Virus record (IMG/VR): IMGVR_UViG_3300032254_000001
Span: 128,001-192,000 of that record
Direction: 5' to 3' (one strand)
DNA length: 64,000 nt
DNA from: a virus
Taxonomy: Duplodnaviria; Caudoviricetes
The notes below the pieces were generated by a model that worked only from the letters and a program-made list of their open reading frames with translations, did not search any database and was not told the DNA's origin. The translations under genes were made by a program, and so were the position numbers. Below are positions 8,997 to 18,266 of the stretch, piece by piece (position 1 is the first letter of the stretch; each line of letters starts with the position of its first letter).

Positions 8997-9476
8997 TTAA
9001 TGCAGCTCAATTATAACGCCTGCAACAAATGCTTCTTTAATGTGTTCGTAAATATCCTGACGGATCATACTAGTTTGGTCAAATATTATAAACGGTCTAT
9101 CTTCAACAGGGCGAACATGTAACAACGCCCCCTCAGTTAAAACTACAATAGATGATTTTATCCGCTCATGCGTTTCTGGATTGCTTGTGTATTCGTACAG
9201 CAAATTGAGCATTTCGTTCTTGTACTCTTGTCGCAACACAAAACACAACGATGTCGGATGATCATTAAGTAGCTGGAGTGCTGCTGTTGTATGCCCTGAT
9301 TGTCTCGGTAGTGATATCTTTACAGTGCCAAACTCTTTGCGGAACCCATGGTCATCCATGTGCTTTCGCTCGTGCTTTAACTGCGGTGTACTTAGATTCT
9401 CTAATGCTTGTTCAGCAAGCTGTACAATCAATTCAGAGTTTCTTTTTATGCACTTTGTATCAAACTGTTCAAGCAT
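8997..9476 (-). CDS. hypothetical protein with degenerate P-loop
   Basis: ISLPRQSGHTT resembles the terminase/helicase Walker A PRQxGKT with K replaced by H. Confidence 0.45.
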   Translation of the reverse strand: MLEQFDTKCIKRNSELIVQLAEQALENLSTPQLKHERKHMDDHGFRKEFGTVKISLPRQSGHTTAALQLLNDHPTSLCFVLRQEYKNEMLNLLYEYTSNPETHERIKSSIVVLTEGALLHVRPVEDRPFIIFDQTSMIRQDIYEHIKEAFVAGVIIELH

Positions 9477-9721
9477 TATGTGATATCAATCTTACTGTCA
9501 AGATCTACGTCGTCGCCACCGCCACCAAACTTCTCTTCGAGAATCTCTTGCTGTGCTCTTATATAAACTTCGAGCACCATACTAAGTTGATTCATAAGTG
9601 ATTGGTTAGCAGTTTTGTAAGCAAAGGTTAGACGATTGTTTAGATCGCCTATCTTTGCTTGGATCTCTTCTAACGAGTGATCCTCTTTTATTTGTCTTAT
9701 ATCTAGTCCTGGATGTTCCAT
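9476..9721 (-). CDS. hypothetical protein
   Basis: 81-aa helical ORF coupled to the next gene. Confidence 0.5.
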   Translation of the reverse strand: MEHPGLDIRQIKEDHSLEEIQAKIGDLNNRLTFAYKTANQSLMNQLSMVLEVYIRAQQEILEEKFGGGGDDVDLDSKIDIT

Positions 9722-9733
9722 ATTCTTACTTAG

Positions 9734-10144
9734 TTATAGATCGTCCGCAGCACGATTTTCAGACTCGTCAACAGTAAAGCCTGCCTTGTATCTACCAGTT
9801 AGCTTGTCTTTGTTCATTTCGATTATTTCGTTACCTGTGACACCTAATGCCATACATGCAACCATAACGTAGAACATTAAATCGCCAAGTTCTTTCTTAA
9901 GGTGTAATGTGTTTGCTTCGTCAAGAGGTTTGCCCTGGAAGATCATTTTCTTAACAATCTCGTCAAACTCGCCTGCTTCTGCTGTAAGGCCAACACCTGC
10001 TGTTAGTAACTCTGGGATTGATACTCCAACACTGCTGCCTGCTTCTTTAAGAGCATTTAAGCTCTCGATCATTTTATCAAAGTCTTTGCTCTGTTCAGAT
10101 AGTTTGCCTTGCACAAACATTTCGTATTCATTTAAATCGGTCAT
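9734..10144 (-). CDS. mazG: MazG-like nucleoside triphosphate pyrophosphohydrolase
   Basis: GLTAEAGEFDEIVKK...KKELGDLMFY (ExxE...ELGD) motif; AGGAGG SD. Confidence 0.85.
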   Translation of the reverse strand: MTDLNEYEMFVQGKLSEQSKDFDKMIESLNALKEAGSSVGVSIPELLTAGVGLTAEAGEFDEIVKKMIFQGKPLDEANTLHLKKELGDLMFYVMVACMALGVTGNEIIEMNKDKLTGRYKAGFTVDESENRAADDL

Positions 10145-10164
10145 TAATCCTCCTTAGGATCTTA

Positions 10165-10566
10165 TTATTGAGGGAACCACAACTCAAGGGCTGCTTCCAA
10201 AACTACTTCATTTAGTTTGTGTCCGTGCGCTAGTGGCGGCTCAGTTTCGGGGCCAAGAACCCAACGGTAAATGAAGAACTCATTTATGCCGTCGTCGTAG
10301 AACAACTTGCAATCGCCTTTGGCAATTACCGCTGCTAGTAGTTGATGGTTTTGGTGTAGACGTTCACCTGGATTCCAATGTTCATTACTGTAATCTAAAA
10401 TTACAACTTTGTCATTGCGGTCGGCATTTGGGTATGCTGCTAATGCAGTTACTATAGATGATTCGTGTCCACATTGTTCGGCCAGAAATACAAGTTGGCC
10501 CAGAGTAGGTACTCTGAGCTTATATAGTTCTGCTGTTTCTGCTTTGGTGAGAGTTCGTGTTTCCAT
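10165..10566 (-). CDS. hypothetical protein
   Basis: 133-aa ORF. Confidence 0.45.
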   Translation of the reverse strand: METRTLTKAETAELYKLRVPTLGQLVFLAEQCGHESSIVTALAAYPNADRNDKVVILDYSNEHWNPGERLHQNHQLLAAVIAKGDCKLFYDDGINEFFIYRWVLGPETEPPLAHGHKLNEVVLEAALELWFPQ

Positions 10567-10615
10567 ACTGGCTAGTATACACGAAGTAAATTAAAAAATC
10601 AAGTAGTTTTGGCTA

Positions 10616-11362
10616 CTATGCACCACCCCATGTGCCTGTGTTTGCACTTCGGATCCATATGTCTGATACACTATCGTAATCTGCTATACACAAATATATG
10701 TAAGAAGAATCGCCCGACATCATACCTGCTTTGTCGCCACTGCTTCCAACTGATTCCAATGGTACCGGAGATAAAACTTGTATACGTGACTGAGTTAGAT
10801 CATCAATTGAAATTGTTGCACCGTTATCTGTAGATGCAAATTCAAGGATGTAAGTGCCAGCAGTTGGAAACGTAATTGCACCTAGTGCAACATTGCGGAT
10901 ACCGTCGATACCAATTGACACAGCACCGGGTAATGTAACTGTAAAGGCTGTATTGGTAATTTCAATCTCTACCTGTACCGCGCTGTGTGTGCTTGCTGCG
11001 GAAAAGTTAGCAAATGATAAGGTAATTGCTGCTGTTGGTGTTATCTTTTGGTATGGTGCAACTGACACATCAATTGCAACTGCTCCACTAACTGTGCCAG
11101 TATTTAAAACTGTGCCACGGAAGTTACGTATTTGAGCTGAATGTAATCCAGTTGATGAAAGATCGTTGTCTGCTGATATACCACCTAAAACCAATGCACC
11201 CTTAACAACTACATTATCTTGCAGCTCTTCTATTTCATCTTTTGCTGCTACGAAGTTGGTATTCGTATTAGTGAAATTATCACGGAAACCTTGACTATCG
11301 TTATCCTGTCCTGCTATTGGAAACTCTGTATCAATGTTCGTTGTATTAATTGTGCTAGCCAT
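10616..11362 (-). CDS. putative virion/tail-associated structural protein
   Basis: Thr/Ala/Ser-rich; its C-terminal PxxSxGxxGDxxG..D..YxYxC module is shared with 13828..14415; lies in a baseplate cluster. Confidence 0.55.
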   Translation of the reverse strand: MASTINTTNIDTEFPIAGQDNDSQGFRDNFTNTNTNFVAAKDEIEELQDNVVVKGALVLGGISADNDLSSTGLHSAQIRNFRGTVLNTGTVSGAVAIDVSVAPYQKITPTAAITLSFANFSAASTHSAVQVEIEITNTAFTVTLPGAVSIGIDGIRNVALGAITFPTAGTYILEFASTDNGATISIDDLTQSRIQVLSPVPLESVGSSGDKAGMMSGDSSYIYLCIADYDSVSDIWIRSANTGTWGGA

Positions 11363-11394
11363 ATTATTATAATCCTATTTGCTGTATTTATTAC

Positions 11395-13815
11395 TTACTG
11401 TTCGTTATTTATAATCATTACTTGTGGGAACTTAATATATTGATCGTTGCTGTCAGAGCTATCGTAGTTGTCAATCGGTGATGCAAATCGGCAACTGCCG
11501 CCATCGAACAATGTTTCGTATTGGTTACCATATAGTCCTGGATCACGCGGTACATACCCAACCGGCAATGGCGGTAGGTCTACTGTTGTGAACGTATCAA
11601 TATTATAACGATCATCATCTGCTGTAACCTGTGTGGTATCTGCTGTTGTTTGTGTTCTATCAAACGTTGTAGTTCCACCAGGTACCCACTGTTGTAAATT
11701 CAAATCCCAATGTTCAGATAACTGTGAATCTAATGTATAACGGTCAATTTCAAAATCAACTAAATTAAGTTGTGTTCCGAAAAACTCTGTGATGTTGTAT
11801 TGTAGTAGCTTTGACTTACCTGGCTTAGTATATGCAATAACCCAAGCTGGTGTAAATCCTAGTACTGCACCATCCTCTTGCTTTGAAAGCATCCAACGAG
11901 GTAGTACTTTTGATTCCTGTCCAATCTGATCAACAACTTCTTCTCGCATATTTTCTAAGCTGTTTGGGTATACTGTTGTAACTGGTACACCATTATCAAT
12001 TGCTGGATACTTAATAGGAACAGATGGTGGTACGCTTTCACCTTGTGCATTAACAAGATTATCTACAACCTGACTATACACAACTTCGTATATAACATTA
12101 TCATTTTCGTCTAATGCTCTTGCTGTTTTAAATTCACCAAGTACTAGTTGCTTATTATAATGATTCAGTTCTAGTGCTGCAAAGTAATCTTCAATAGATG
12201 CTGGTGTTAAACCAAAGGCATGTTGATATATAACTCTGTTCGCAGACCCAAAGTTTGGATCGTCTGGTCTGTATACAATGTCTGGAGTGATAACATCCTG
12301 GTTCAATAGTAATGTGTCAAGTAATAATCTATCTTCACGCGGTGGCATTGCCTTACAGTACAATACATTATGCGGACCATTGAATTCTTTATTAATTAAA
12401 ATTGTAAATTGTTTTGTAACCGATACAATACCGTTTGCACTATATGCTTCAACTATGAATACATATGTTAAATCAAACGTAGTTGGATCTGCGTCAAGTC
12501 TGGTTGCAAAGTCTGCATCGAACGTAGTTGTATCACCGTCTAAGCTGAATGTTTTAAAGCTTACCTGTCCAGCTATGTTACCACTCGGCAACAAAGTTAA
12601 TCCCTGTGGTAGTTTACTATTCGATCCACCTGCTTGTAATCTATATTGTAGTACAGCGTTACCGTGTGTTGCTTCCACTGACAACGTACTGATAGTACCA
12701 TTGTCGATTGTGCCTAAGTCTTCATCTGTTATCCACTGGACTCCAGTTTCAATATCTCCAACTACTGTCATTGATGTTATGTATAACAATGATTGAATGC
12801 TTGGGTCTATTGCTTTGTATACTTTTACGCCGAACTCAAATTCTTCTTCAGTTAATCCAACGTATGGTAGGTTGCCCGACAGCCAACCTGTGTCTGCATC
12901 CAGTGATAGTCCTGCAGGTAAACTGCCTGAGCTAATTGTATACTGAACTTGATCACCATCTGGATCCTTGCCTTCAAACTTATACGCAAAGTAATTATCG
13001 TGGCGGTAACTGCCTATGTCATCAACGTTATTTGTAATGTACGGGGCGCGGATTGCAATGCTGTCTGCTGTAATGTTGCCGCTGTCTGCTGTGAATTCAA
13101 CTGTGTCAGCCGTCATACCATTGCGACTGTACACGAACATTTCAAATGTTCTTAATACAACATCTTTACCATCTGTTAATTGGATTGTAAATTGGTAGTT
13201 CTGACTGATAGAAGTTGTGCTAAAATCAAACGGGTTCTCATCAAAGAATGTACCGTCTCTATCCCAACCTGCTTGGGCAGCTCCTAAGTCGATAATTGGC
13301 TCAGCGAAACCGCTTAATAGGCCATCAGTAGTAAGTGTTATACCATCCGGTAATTCACCAGCTACTACTGTCATAGAAATTATATCTTCAGGATCTAAAT
13401 CTGTCGCTTCAAACTGGAATTCAATTTCGCTACCGTCAAACCATTCACCTATTCGACCTGCTGGAGTTATCCACTCTGGTCTATCCTGCCCGGATACTGT
13501 AAGCGTAAAGGTTCTGTCGGCTATGCGATCTTCATCATCGACTACTCGGATTGCAAACTTTGAGGTTGTGTTTTCCGATACAGCCGATGGCACACCCTTG
13601 AAGTCTGCTACTGAGACTGGAATGCCTTCTATGGTACCGTTTGTGTTTACTTGCACACCAGCTGGTAATGTGCCAGCAATTAACGAATAGGTTACTTTAG
13701 ATGGGTCACCTGGAAAATCTGGATCTTCTGCTTCGAGCGCGATCCTGTAAAACTTTCCTTCCGGTACGACCCCTAAACTACCAGGCTCTGTTTTCCATAC
13801 TGGTGCTTGCGACAT
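11395..13815 (-). CDS. large baseplate-like protein with repeated Ig-like/cadherin-like domains
   Basis: Repeated units such as GTLPAGVQVNTNGTIEG, GELPDGITLTTDGLLSG, GSLPAGLSLDADTGWLSG and LPQGLTLLPSGNIAG (He_PIG type). Confidence 0.65.
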   Translation of the reverse strand: MSQAPVWKTEPGSLGVVPEGKFYRIALEAEDPDFPGDPSKVTYSLIAGTLPAGVQVNTNGTIEGIPVSVADFKGVPSAVSENTTSKFAIRVVDDEDRIADRTFTLTVSGQDRPEWITPAGRIGEWFDGSEIEFQFEATDLDPEDIISMTVVAGELPDGITLTTDGLLSGFAEPIIDLGAAQAGWDRDGTFFDENPFDFSTTSISQNYQFTIQLTDGKDVVLRTFEMFVYSRNGMTADTVEFTADSGNITADSIAIRAPYITNNVDDIGSYRHDNYFAYKFEGKDPDGDQVQYTISSGSLPAGLSLDADTGWLSGNLPYVGLTEEEFEFGVKVYKAIDPSIQSLLYITSMTVVGDIETGVQWITDEDLGTIDNGTISTLSVEATHGNAVLQYRLQAGGSNSKLPQGLTLLPSGNIAGQVSFKTFSLDGDTTTFDADFATRLDADPTTFDLTYVFIVEAYSANGIVSVTKQFTILINKEFNGPHNVLYCKAMPPREDRLLLDTLLLNQDVITPDIVYRPDDPNFGSANRVIYQHAFGLTPASIEDYFAALELNHYNKQLVLGEFKTARALDENDNVIYEVVYSQVVDNLVNAQGESVPPSVPIKYPAIDNGVPVTTVYPNSLENMREEVVDQIGQESKVLPRWMLSKQEDGAVLGFTPAWVIAYTKPGKSKLLQYNITEFFGTQLNLVDFEIDRYTLDSQLSEHWDLNLQQWVPGGTTTFDRTQTTADTTQVTADDDRYNIDTFTTVDLPPLPVGYVPRDPGLYGNQYETLFDGGSCRFASPIDNYDSSDSNDQYIKFPQVMIINNEQ

Positions 13816-13827
13816 AGTTAGCCCCTA

Positions 13828-14415
13828 TTAAACGCCAGCTGCTAAGTTGCCTGTTAAACTCCATTCATCAGCTGCTAGTTTCAAAAGCGTAGCTTTGCCG
13901 AACTGATCTTCGATTTGGGCATTACCGTTTATACTTTCAACTGTTACTGTAAACGCGGCTTCGATATCAACTGTTCCATCCCACTGAACGATTTCAATGC
14001 GTGTACCGATTGGAAATGCTACTGATGCATTCGTCGGAACTGTTACTGTTGCTAAGCCTGCATTAGTCATTTTGATAATGCTATTAGCATCGCCTAATGC
14101 TAAGTCAAAAGAAGCTGATTGTGTGCTAACTGTTGTACCGCTGCTGCCGCCGGCTGCTTCATTCTGTTGCCAAATTGTAGCAATGCCGTCGTAGTCTGCT
14201 AGACAAACATAAATGTTAGTGCTATCATAGGCAAGCATACCAGCAACATCACCAGTTTCGCCAACTAAAGTTGGTGGAGCTGTCTGACGTACTACTGGTG
14301 CTACACCTGTGTACAGTTCATTGAAATTGTCATTGGTTTTATCAAACGCGTCACGAAGCTGATCGCCTGTGCCATCGTTTGCTGTTGCACCAATATTGAT
14401 TGTTTGTTGTGACAT
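13828..14415 (-). CDS. T4 gp9/gp10-like baseplate/fibre-connector N-terminal domain protein
   Basis: INIGATANDGTGDQLRDAFDKTNDNFNELY matches the gp10 N-terminal DGTGDxLRxxxxKxNxNFxELY motif. Confidence 0.75.
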   Translation of the reverse strand: MSQQTINIGATANDGTGDQLRDAFDKTNDNFNELYTGVAPVVRQTAPPTLVGETGDVAGMLAYDSTNIYVCLADYDGIATIWQQNEAAGGSSGTTVSTQSASFDLALGDANSIIKMTNAGLATVTVPTNASVAFPIGTRIEIVQWDGTVDIEAAFTVTVESINGNAQIEDQFGKATLLKLAADEWSLTGNLAAGV

Positions 14416-14469
14416 AATATACTGTTCCTCTGTAAGTTACAGTATATTTATGATGATTGTAGTGACTAC

Positions 14470-14766
14470 TTAAACAAGAACAGCTATGATTTCTTCTTCA
14501 TTTAGAACTAATAGATCTTCGCCGTCGACTGTAACTTCGGTTCCTACGTATTTACCGAACATTATCTTGTCGCCAACTTGTACATCAAGTGGTACAACTT
14601 CACCAGATGGTAATGTTTTACCTTTTCCTGTTGCTAGTACTAAGCCTTCTGCTGGCTTTTCTGCTGCTGACCCTGGTATAACAATACCGCCAGCTGACAC
14701 AGCTTCTGCTTCGACCTGACGTATAACGACGCGATCGTGTAATGGACGAATGCTTAATTCAGACAT
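14470..14766 (-). CDS. groES: canonical co-chaperonin GroES
   Basis: [18 protein letters not shown] mobile loop, [19 protein letters not shown] and EEEIIAV. Confidence 0.95.
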   Translation of the reverse strand: MSELSIRPLHDRVVIRQVEAEAVSAGGIVIPGSAAEKPAEGLVLATGKGKTLPSGEVVPLDVQVGDKIMFGKYVGTEVTVDGEDLLVLNEEEIIAVLV

Positions 14767-14791
14767 TTATTTTTCCTGTTTATATTTCTTA

Positions 14792-15067
14792 CTATCCGAG
14801 TGCAACAATGAAACCTACTATATTAATGACTACGAAGTAGCCAGTTAATCCAATAGACCAAACCATTTGCCTGCGATAATAAGCGTACATGAGTGTCACA
14901 GATCCAACTTCATATATTGGAAATACGACCAGCATGTTTGGGTCATTTGCGGTCAATGCTAAAAGCAATGAACCTGCAATAGTAAAAACTGTACCAATCA
15001 TTTCAAATATAAATGCTATATGATCATGTTGCCAGCTTCGAACTAATGCATTTTTTACTCGTTCCAT
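14792..15067 (-). CDS. small membrane protein
   Basis: 91 aa with three hydrophobic helices. Confidence 0.55.
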   Translation of the reverse strand: MERVKNALVRSWQHDHIAFIFEMIGTVFTIAGSLLLALTANDPNMLVVFPIYEVGSVTLMYAYYRRQMVWSIGLTGYFVVINIVGFIVALG

Positions 15068-15090
15068 CTATTTATTGCCTACTGTTGGGC

Positions 15091-15474
15091 TTAGTGTAAT
15101 TTTCTGTCCGGACTTAGATCGTTCGCGTCAGTAAACTCTTTAAGCTCTTCAGACTGATCTTCAACATCGAAGCCTTTAGCTTCAAGCTGTGCCTTAAGAG
15201 TGTCTATAAATGAAGCATCAGAGTCGTCAAGCTCTACTACTGTTACACGGTCATCTGAGTTGATAAACTCTTTGAATTCTAAATATGATTGCACCCATTC
15301 AGAGTCTCGAAAACTAAAAATAGGATCAATATCATCAGGTGCAGTATCAGGGGAAACCCCGAACAACCGCATCACATCGCGTAAATCGACCTTATCGACC
15401 GTTCCACTTTCGTAGAGGCCCGATAGGATTGTCATTACAGCGGTGCGGACGGTTGGCTCAAGATTGTCGAACAT
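15091..15474 (-). CDS. hypothetical acidic protein
   Basis: 127-aa ORF coupled to the upstream gene. Confidence 0.5.
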   Translation of the reverse strand: MFDNLEPTVRTAVMTILSGLYESGTVDKVDLRDVMRLFGVSPDTAPDDIDPIFSFRDSEWVQSYLEFKEFINSDDRVTVVELDDSDASFIDTLKAQLEAKGFDVEDQSEELKEFTDANDLSPDRKLH

Positions 15475-15857
15475 TACTCAGCTTCGACTTTAGTGTTGGC
15501 TTCGATGAACTTTTCAACTGCTGGATCAGTCGGTGCTTTGTCTTTGATGCGAGTCTTAACATTCTTAGTTAAGGTAGTTTTCATGTCTGCGCGTTTTGAT
15601 ACACGTGACTTCTCGGCAATTTTAACTTCCAAGATTTCTTTCTGTGCATCGTTAAGACCTTGCTTGTTAGCCAGGAAGAACTCAGCTGCTTCAAGCTTAG
15701 TCATGCCCTTATCAAGTTCAATAAGGTCAATTTCAGTACAGCCAGCTTTATCAAGAATTTTGATGCGCGATACTAAATCGTTCGCCCAACGTACTTTAAT
15801 TGTGCCATCTGCATTGATTGCCGTGCCTACGATTGTAAATGTTTTTTCAGTGCTCAT
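15474..15857 (-). CDS. hypothetical phage protein
   Basis: 127 aa; GGAGG SD. Confidence 0.55.
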   Translation of the reverse strand: MSTEKTFTIVGTAINADGTIKVRWANDLVSRIKILDKAGCTEIDLIELDKGMTKLEAAEFFLANKQGLNDAQKEILEVKIAEKSRVSKRADMKTTLTKNVKTRIKDKAPTDPAVEKFIEANTKVEAE

Positions 15858-15900
15858 GTGTTAATCCTCCAAGGGATCGTTTAGTTTAAAGTTAAGGTTT

Positions 15901-16134
15901 TTAGTTTAGCTTTTCACAGCTAGTTAGATTAGTTGATTCTGCAAACTGTTCAAAATTGGATTCACCGTCAATTAAGTCAATAACTGAGTCGAGTTGCGAA
16001 CACATATCATCAACTGATAGTTCTGTGTCGCTTTCCCAAACTTGCCCTACTAGTGCTAAGGATCTAGTTACCTCAGCAATGTGGAGTTCATCTGCTTCGT
16101 CCGTTTTTGGTGTCATATTATCATCACTAATCAT
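15901..16134 (-). CDS. hypothetical acidic protein
   Basis: 77 aa, directly downstream of a sigma70 promoter. Confidence 0.45.
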   Translation of the reverse strand: MISDDNMTPKTDEADELHIAEVTRSLALVGQVWESDTELSVDDMCSQLDSVIDLIDGESNFEQFAESTNLTSCEKLN

Positions 16135-16147
16135 ATTAACAGCTCTA

Positions 16148-16176
16148 ATTGTACGTTAAGATTGATTGGAAGTCAA
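16148..16176 (-). promoter_or_regulatory. sigma70-type promoter
   Basis: TTGACT-17-TACAAT. Confidence 0.7.
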
Positions 16177-16194
16177 CCGATATTTTACTTCGGT

Positions 16195-16398
16195 TTAACC
16201 GATTTTAATCATCCATGGTGCTGGATTGTACCCAGTTGATCCTTTAACTTCAACTGGAACTGATATAACATTTGCGGATCCATATTGTGCCTGCACCATT
16301 TGTTGGGCTGCAAAGCTGGATTCTGCGTTAAATTGAACGGTATGTGGTACACGGGCATTCCCATTTTTCACATATACTTTGGCTTGGAAGGTTTTCAT
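16195..16398 (-). CDS. small hypothetical protein
   Basis: 67 aa; TAAATA 5 nt before ATG. Confidence 0.55.
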   Translation of the reverse strand: MKTFQAKVYVKNGNARVPHTVQFNAESSFAAQQMVQAQYGSANVISVPVEVKGSTGYNPAPWMIKIG

Positions 16399-16406
16399 AA
16401 TAGTAT

Positions 16407-16634
16407 TTATTCCGGATAAACCAAACGTTTAATTGTATCTTTAGTTAACTTGGTAAACTTGCGCCCAGTACGGCTAAAATGTACTGAAGGCTTTTTAAAC
16501 ATCTGGATGTCGTGTGTACCGCTTTTGATGTAACCAACACATTGTTTATTCTCATTGAATATGTATGTGTGGTTTGGTATGGAACATTCAACATTGCTCC
16601 AATCAGTTACTTCTTGTAAGAATTCAACGCTCAT
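16407..16634 (-). CDS. hypothetical protein
   Basis: 75 aa, coupled to the upstream gene. Confidence 0.5.
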   Translation of the reverse strand: MSVEFLQEVTDWSNVECSIPNHTYIFNENKQCVGYIKSGTHDIQMFKKPSVHFSRTGRKFTKLTKDTIKRLVYPE

Positions 16635-16891
16635 TCGTATGTTACCGTTTTGATTTCATCTTTTGCGTACAGGTCTTCCGAAAAGCGTATTACCATGCCC
16701 TTACCAAAAAGGACATAACCTGCGGCTATGATGCGTTTGATAAAATTGCTGTAATACGGAGTTTTCTTTCTACCGTCTATATCACGTGCAATATAAGGAG
16801 TACCGTTGATTACAATAGTACGAAACTGCTTTGCATTTACACGGCTAACAATTTCGTCAAATGTTGGAACTGATGGTTTGAACTGGCTCAA
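16631..16891 (-). CDS. hypothetical early protein
   Basis: 86 aa, first gene after the promoter at 16923..16951. Confidence 0.5.
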   Translation of the reverse strand: MSQFKPSVPTFDEIVSRVNAKQFRTIVINGTPYIARDIDGRKKTPYYSNFIKRIIAAGYVLFGKGMVIRFSEDLYAKDEIKTVTYE

Positions 16892-16922
16892 TGTCTTATA
16901 CCTTTTATCTAACTATGTACTA

Positions 16923-16951
16923 ATTATACTGGGTTCTGGGCATAAGGTCAA
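16923..16951 (-). promoter_or_regulatory. strong sigma70-type early promoter
   Basis: AAGG-TTGACC-17-TATAAT-TAGTACATAG. Confidence 0.8.
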
Positions 16952-16979
16952 CCTTTTTATTAATTTATTTGCGGCTTAT

Positions 16980-17168
16980 AAATCAATGACTTACAAGCAT
17001 GTTAAAATAAGGCGTTTTAAGGCGGTTTTACGCGGTTATATGCGTATTGATACGTGATTTAACATTACATGCAAAGTTTTTTCCACTATTGCTATATAAA
17101 TCAACGACTTAGCGAATATTAGCTTTTCGCAGAATACGGTTTTAACTCTATATAAATCAATGACTTAC
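16980..17168 (+). repeat. three direct repeats AAATCAAYGACTTAS matching the IHF consensus
   Basis: Copies at 16980-16994, 17098-17112 and 17154-17168; each fits WATCAANNNNTTR. Confidence 0.7.
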
Positions 17169-17180
17169 AATGCCGCCATA

Positions 17181-17204
17181 AAAAGCCCGCATTGCGCGGG
17201 CTTT
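17181..17204 (-). terminator. rho-independent terminator
   Basis: 9-bp stem aaagcccgc/gcgggcttt followed by a T tract on the minus strand, downstream of 17255..17482. Confidence 0.8.
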
Positions 17205-17254
17205 ATATTTCCTTATGCACTTATTAGATATAAGTGATCCATCTATTTCCAGGG

Positions 17255-17482
17255 TTAACTAATTGCTTTAGCTCGGCTACCAGTAACATCACGTGATGTC
17301 ATTGAATACTTACCTGCTGTAACTTTAACATTCAAACCTAACTGGCGTAAGTCGAAAACGCGAGCTGTTAAGTTCATGATTCCGTATTGCTTTGCTGCTT
17401 GGCTTGCTGTAAGTGTGCGCCCTGTACCACGTAAATGGTTTTCCAAGAATCGAGCTTGGCCTTTTACTTTATAGTATGACAT
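17255..17482 (-). CDS. small helix-turn-helix DNA-binding protein
   Basis: LTASQAAKQYGIMNLTARVFDLRQLGLNV fits a winged-HTH pattern; it has its own promoter and terminator. Confidence 0.6.
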   Translation of the reverse strand: MSYYKVKGQARFLENHLRGTGRTLTASQAAKQYGIMNLTARVFDLRQLGLNVKVTAGKYSMTSRDVTGSRAKAIS

Positions 17483-17540
17483 TTTATATTCCTCTAAATA
17501 TTACACTGTACAGGTCTTACTCTGTACAACGCATACCACA

Positions 17541-17569
17541 AGTATACGCTCTTCCCTGTAAAATGTCAA
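17541..17569 (-). promoter_or_regulatory. sigma70-type promoter
   Basis: TTGACA-17-TATACT. Confidence 0.75.
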
Positions 17570-17587
17570 CGGGCAATTTATCCAAAG

Positions 17588-18172
17588 CTATCGCTTTAGG
17601 ATAATCTCATCAGCTAAACCGTAAGCTACAGATTCTGGTGCGTCCATAAAGTTGTCACGGTTGGTATCCTTTTCAATTGTTGCATAAGGCTTACCAGTGT
17701 TAGTAACATAAACTTCATTCAACGCTTTCTTCCAACGAAGTGTTTCAGCTGTATGGATTTCGATATCCGATGCTTGACCACTGTATCCTGCTAGAACCTG
17801 GTGAATCATATGTGTAGCATGTTTCAGCATCATACGTTTACCTTTGGTACCGCTTGACGCTATCAATGAACCCATGCTTGCCGCTTGGCCTGCAACGATA
17901 GTTCGAACATCACATTTGATAAAATTCATTGTGTCAATAACTGACATACCTGCTGTAACCGATCCGCCCGGGCTATCGATGTAAAGTAGGATTTCGGCAT
18001 CTGGATTTTCACTTTCCAAATATAACATTTGAGCAACAATCACATTTGAGCTAACCTGGTCAACCGGACCATTAAGCATGATAATTCGTTCTTTAAGTAA
18101 ACGACTGTAGATATCATAACTACGTTCGCCTTGTGCTGTTTTTTCAACAACCATTGGTATTAGACCAGACAT
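17588..18172 (-). CDS. clpP: ATP-dependent Clp protease proteolytic subunit
   Basis: [40 protein letters not shown] (Ser), MIHQ (His) and RDNFM (Asp). Start re-called at ATG 18172 after GAGGAG. Confidence 0.95.
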   Translation of the reverse strand: MSGLIPMVVEKTAQGERSYDIYSRLLKERIIMLNGPVDQVSSNVIVAQMLYLESENPDAEILLYIDSPGGSVTAGMSVIDTMNFIKCDVRTIVAGQAASMGSLIASSGTKGKRMMLKHATHMIHQVLAGYSGQASDIEIHTAETLRWKKALNEVYVTNTGKPYATIEKDTNRDNFMDAPESVAYGLADEIILKR

Positions 18173-18266
18173 ACAAACTCCTCTTATTAAGTATGAATAC
18201 ATAATAGCATAAATAGTACATACAATGCAATGACAAATTGTACCAAAACTAATACAGGATACCAAA

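Noticed and set aside
15065-15074. TAAATA 1 nt before ATG 15067 as a leaderless promoter
   Set aside because: The spacing is too short for the 4-6 nt class; it may be chance or imply a downstream start.
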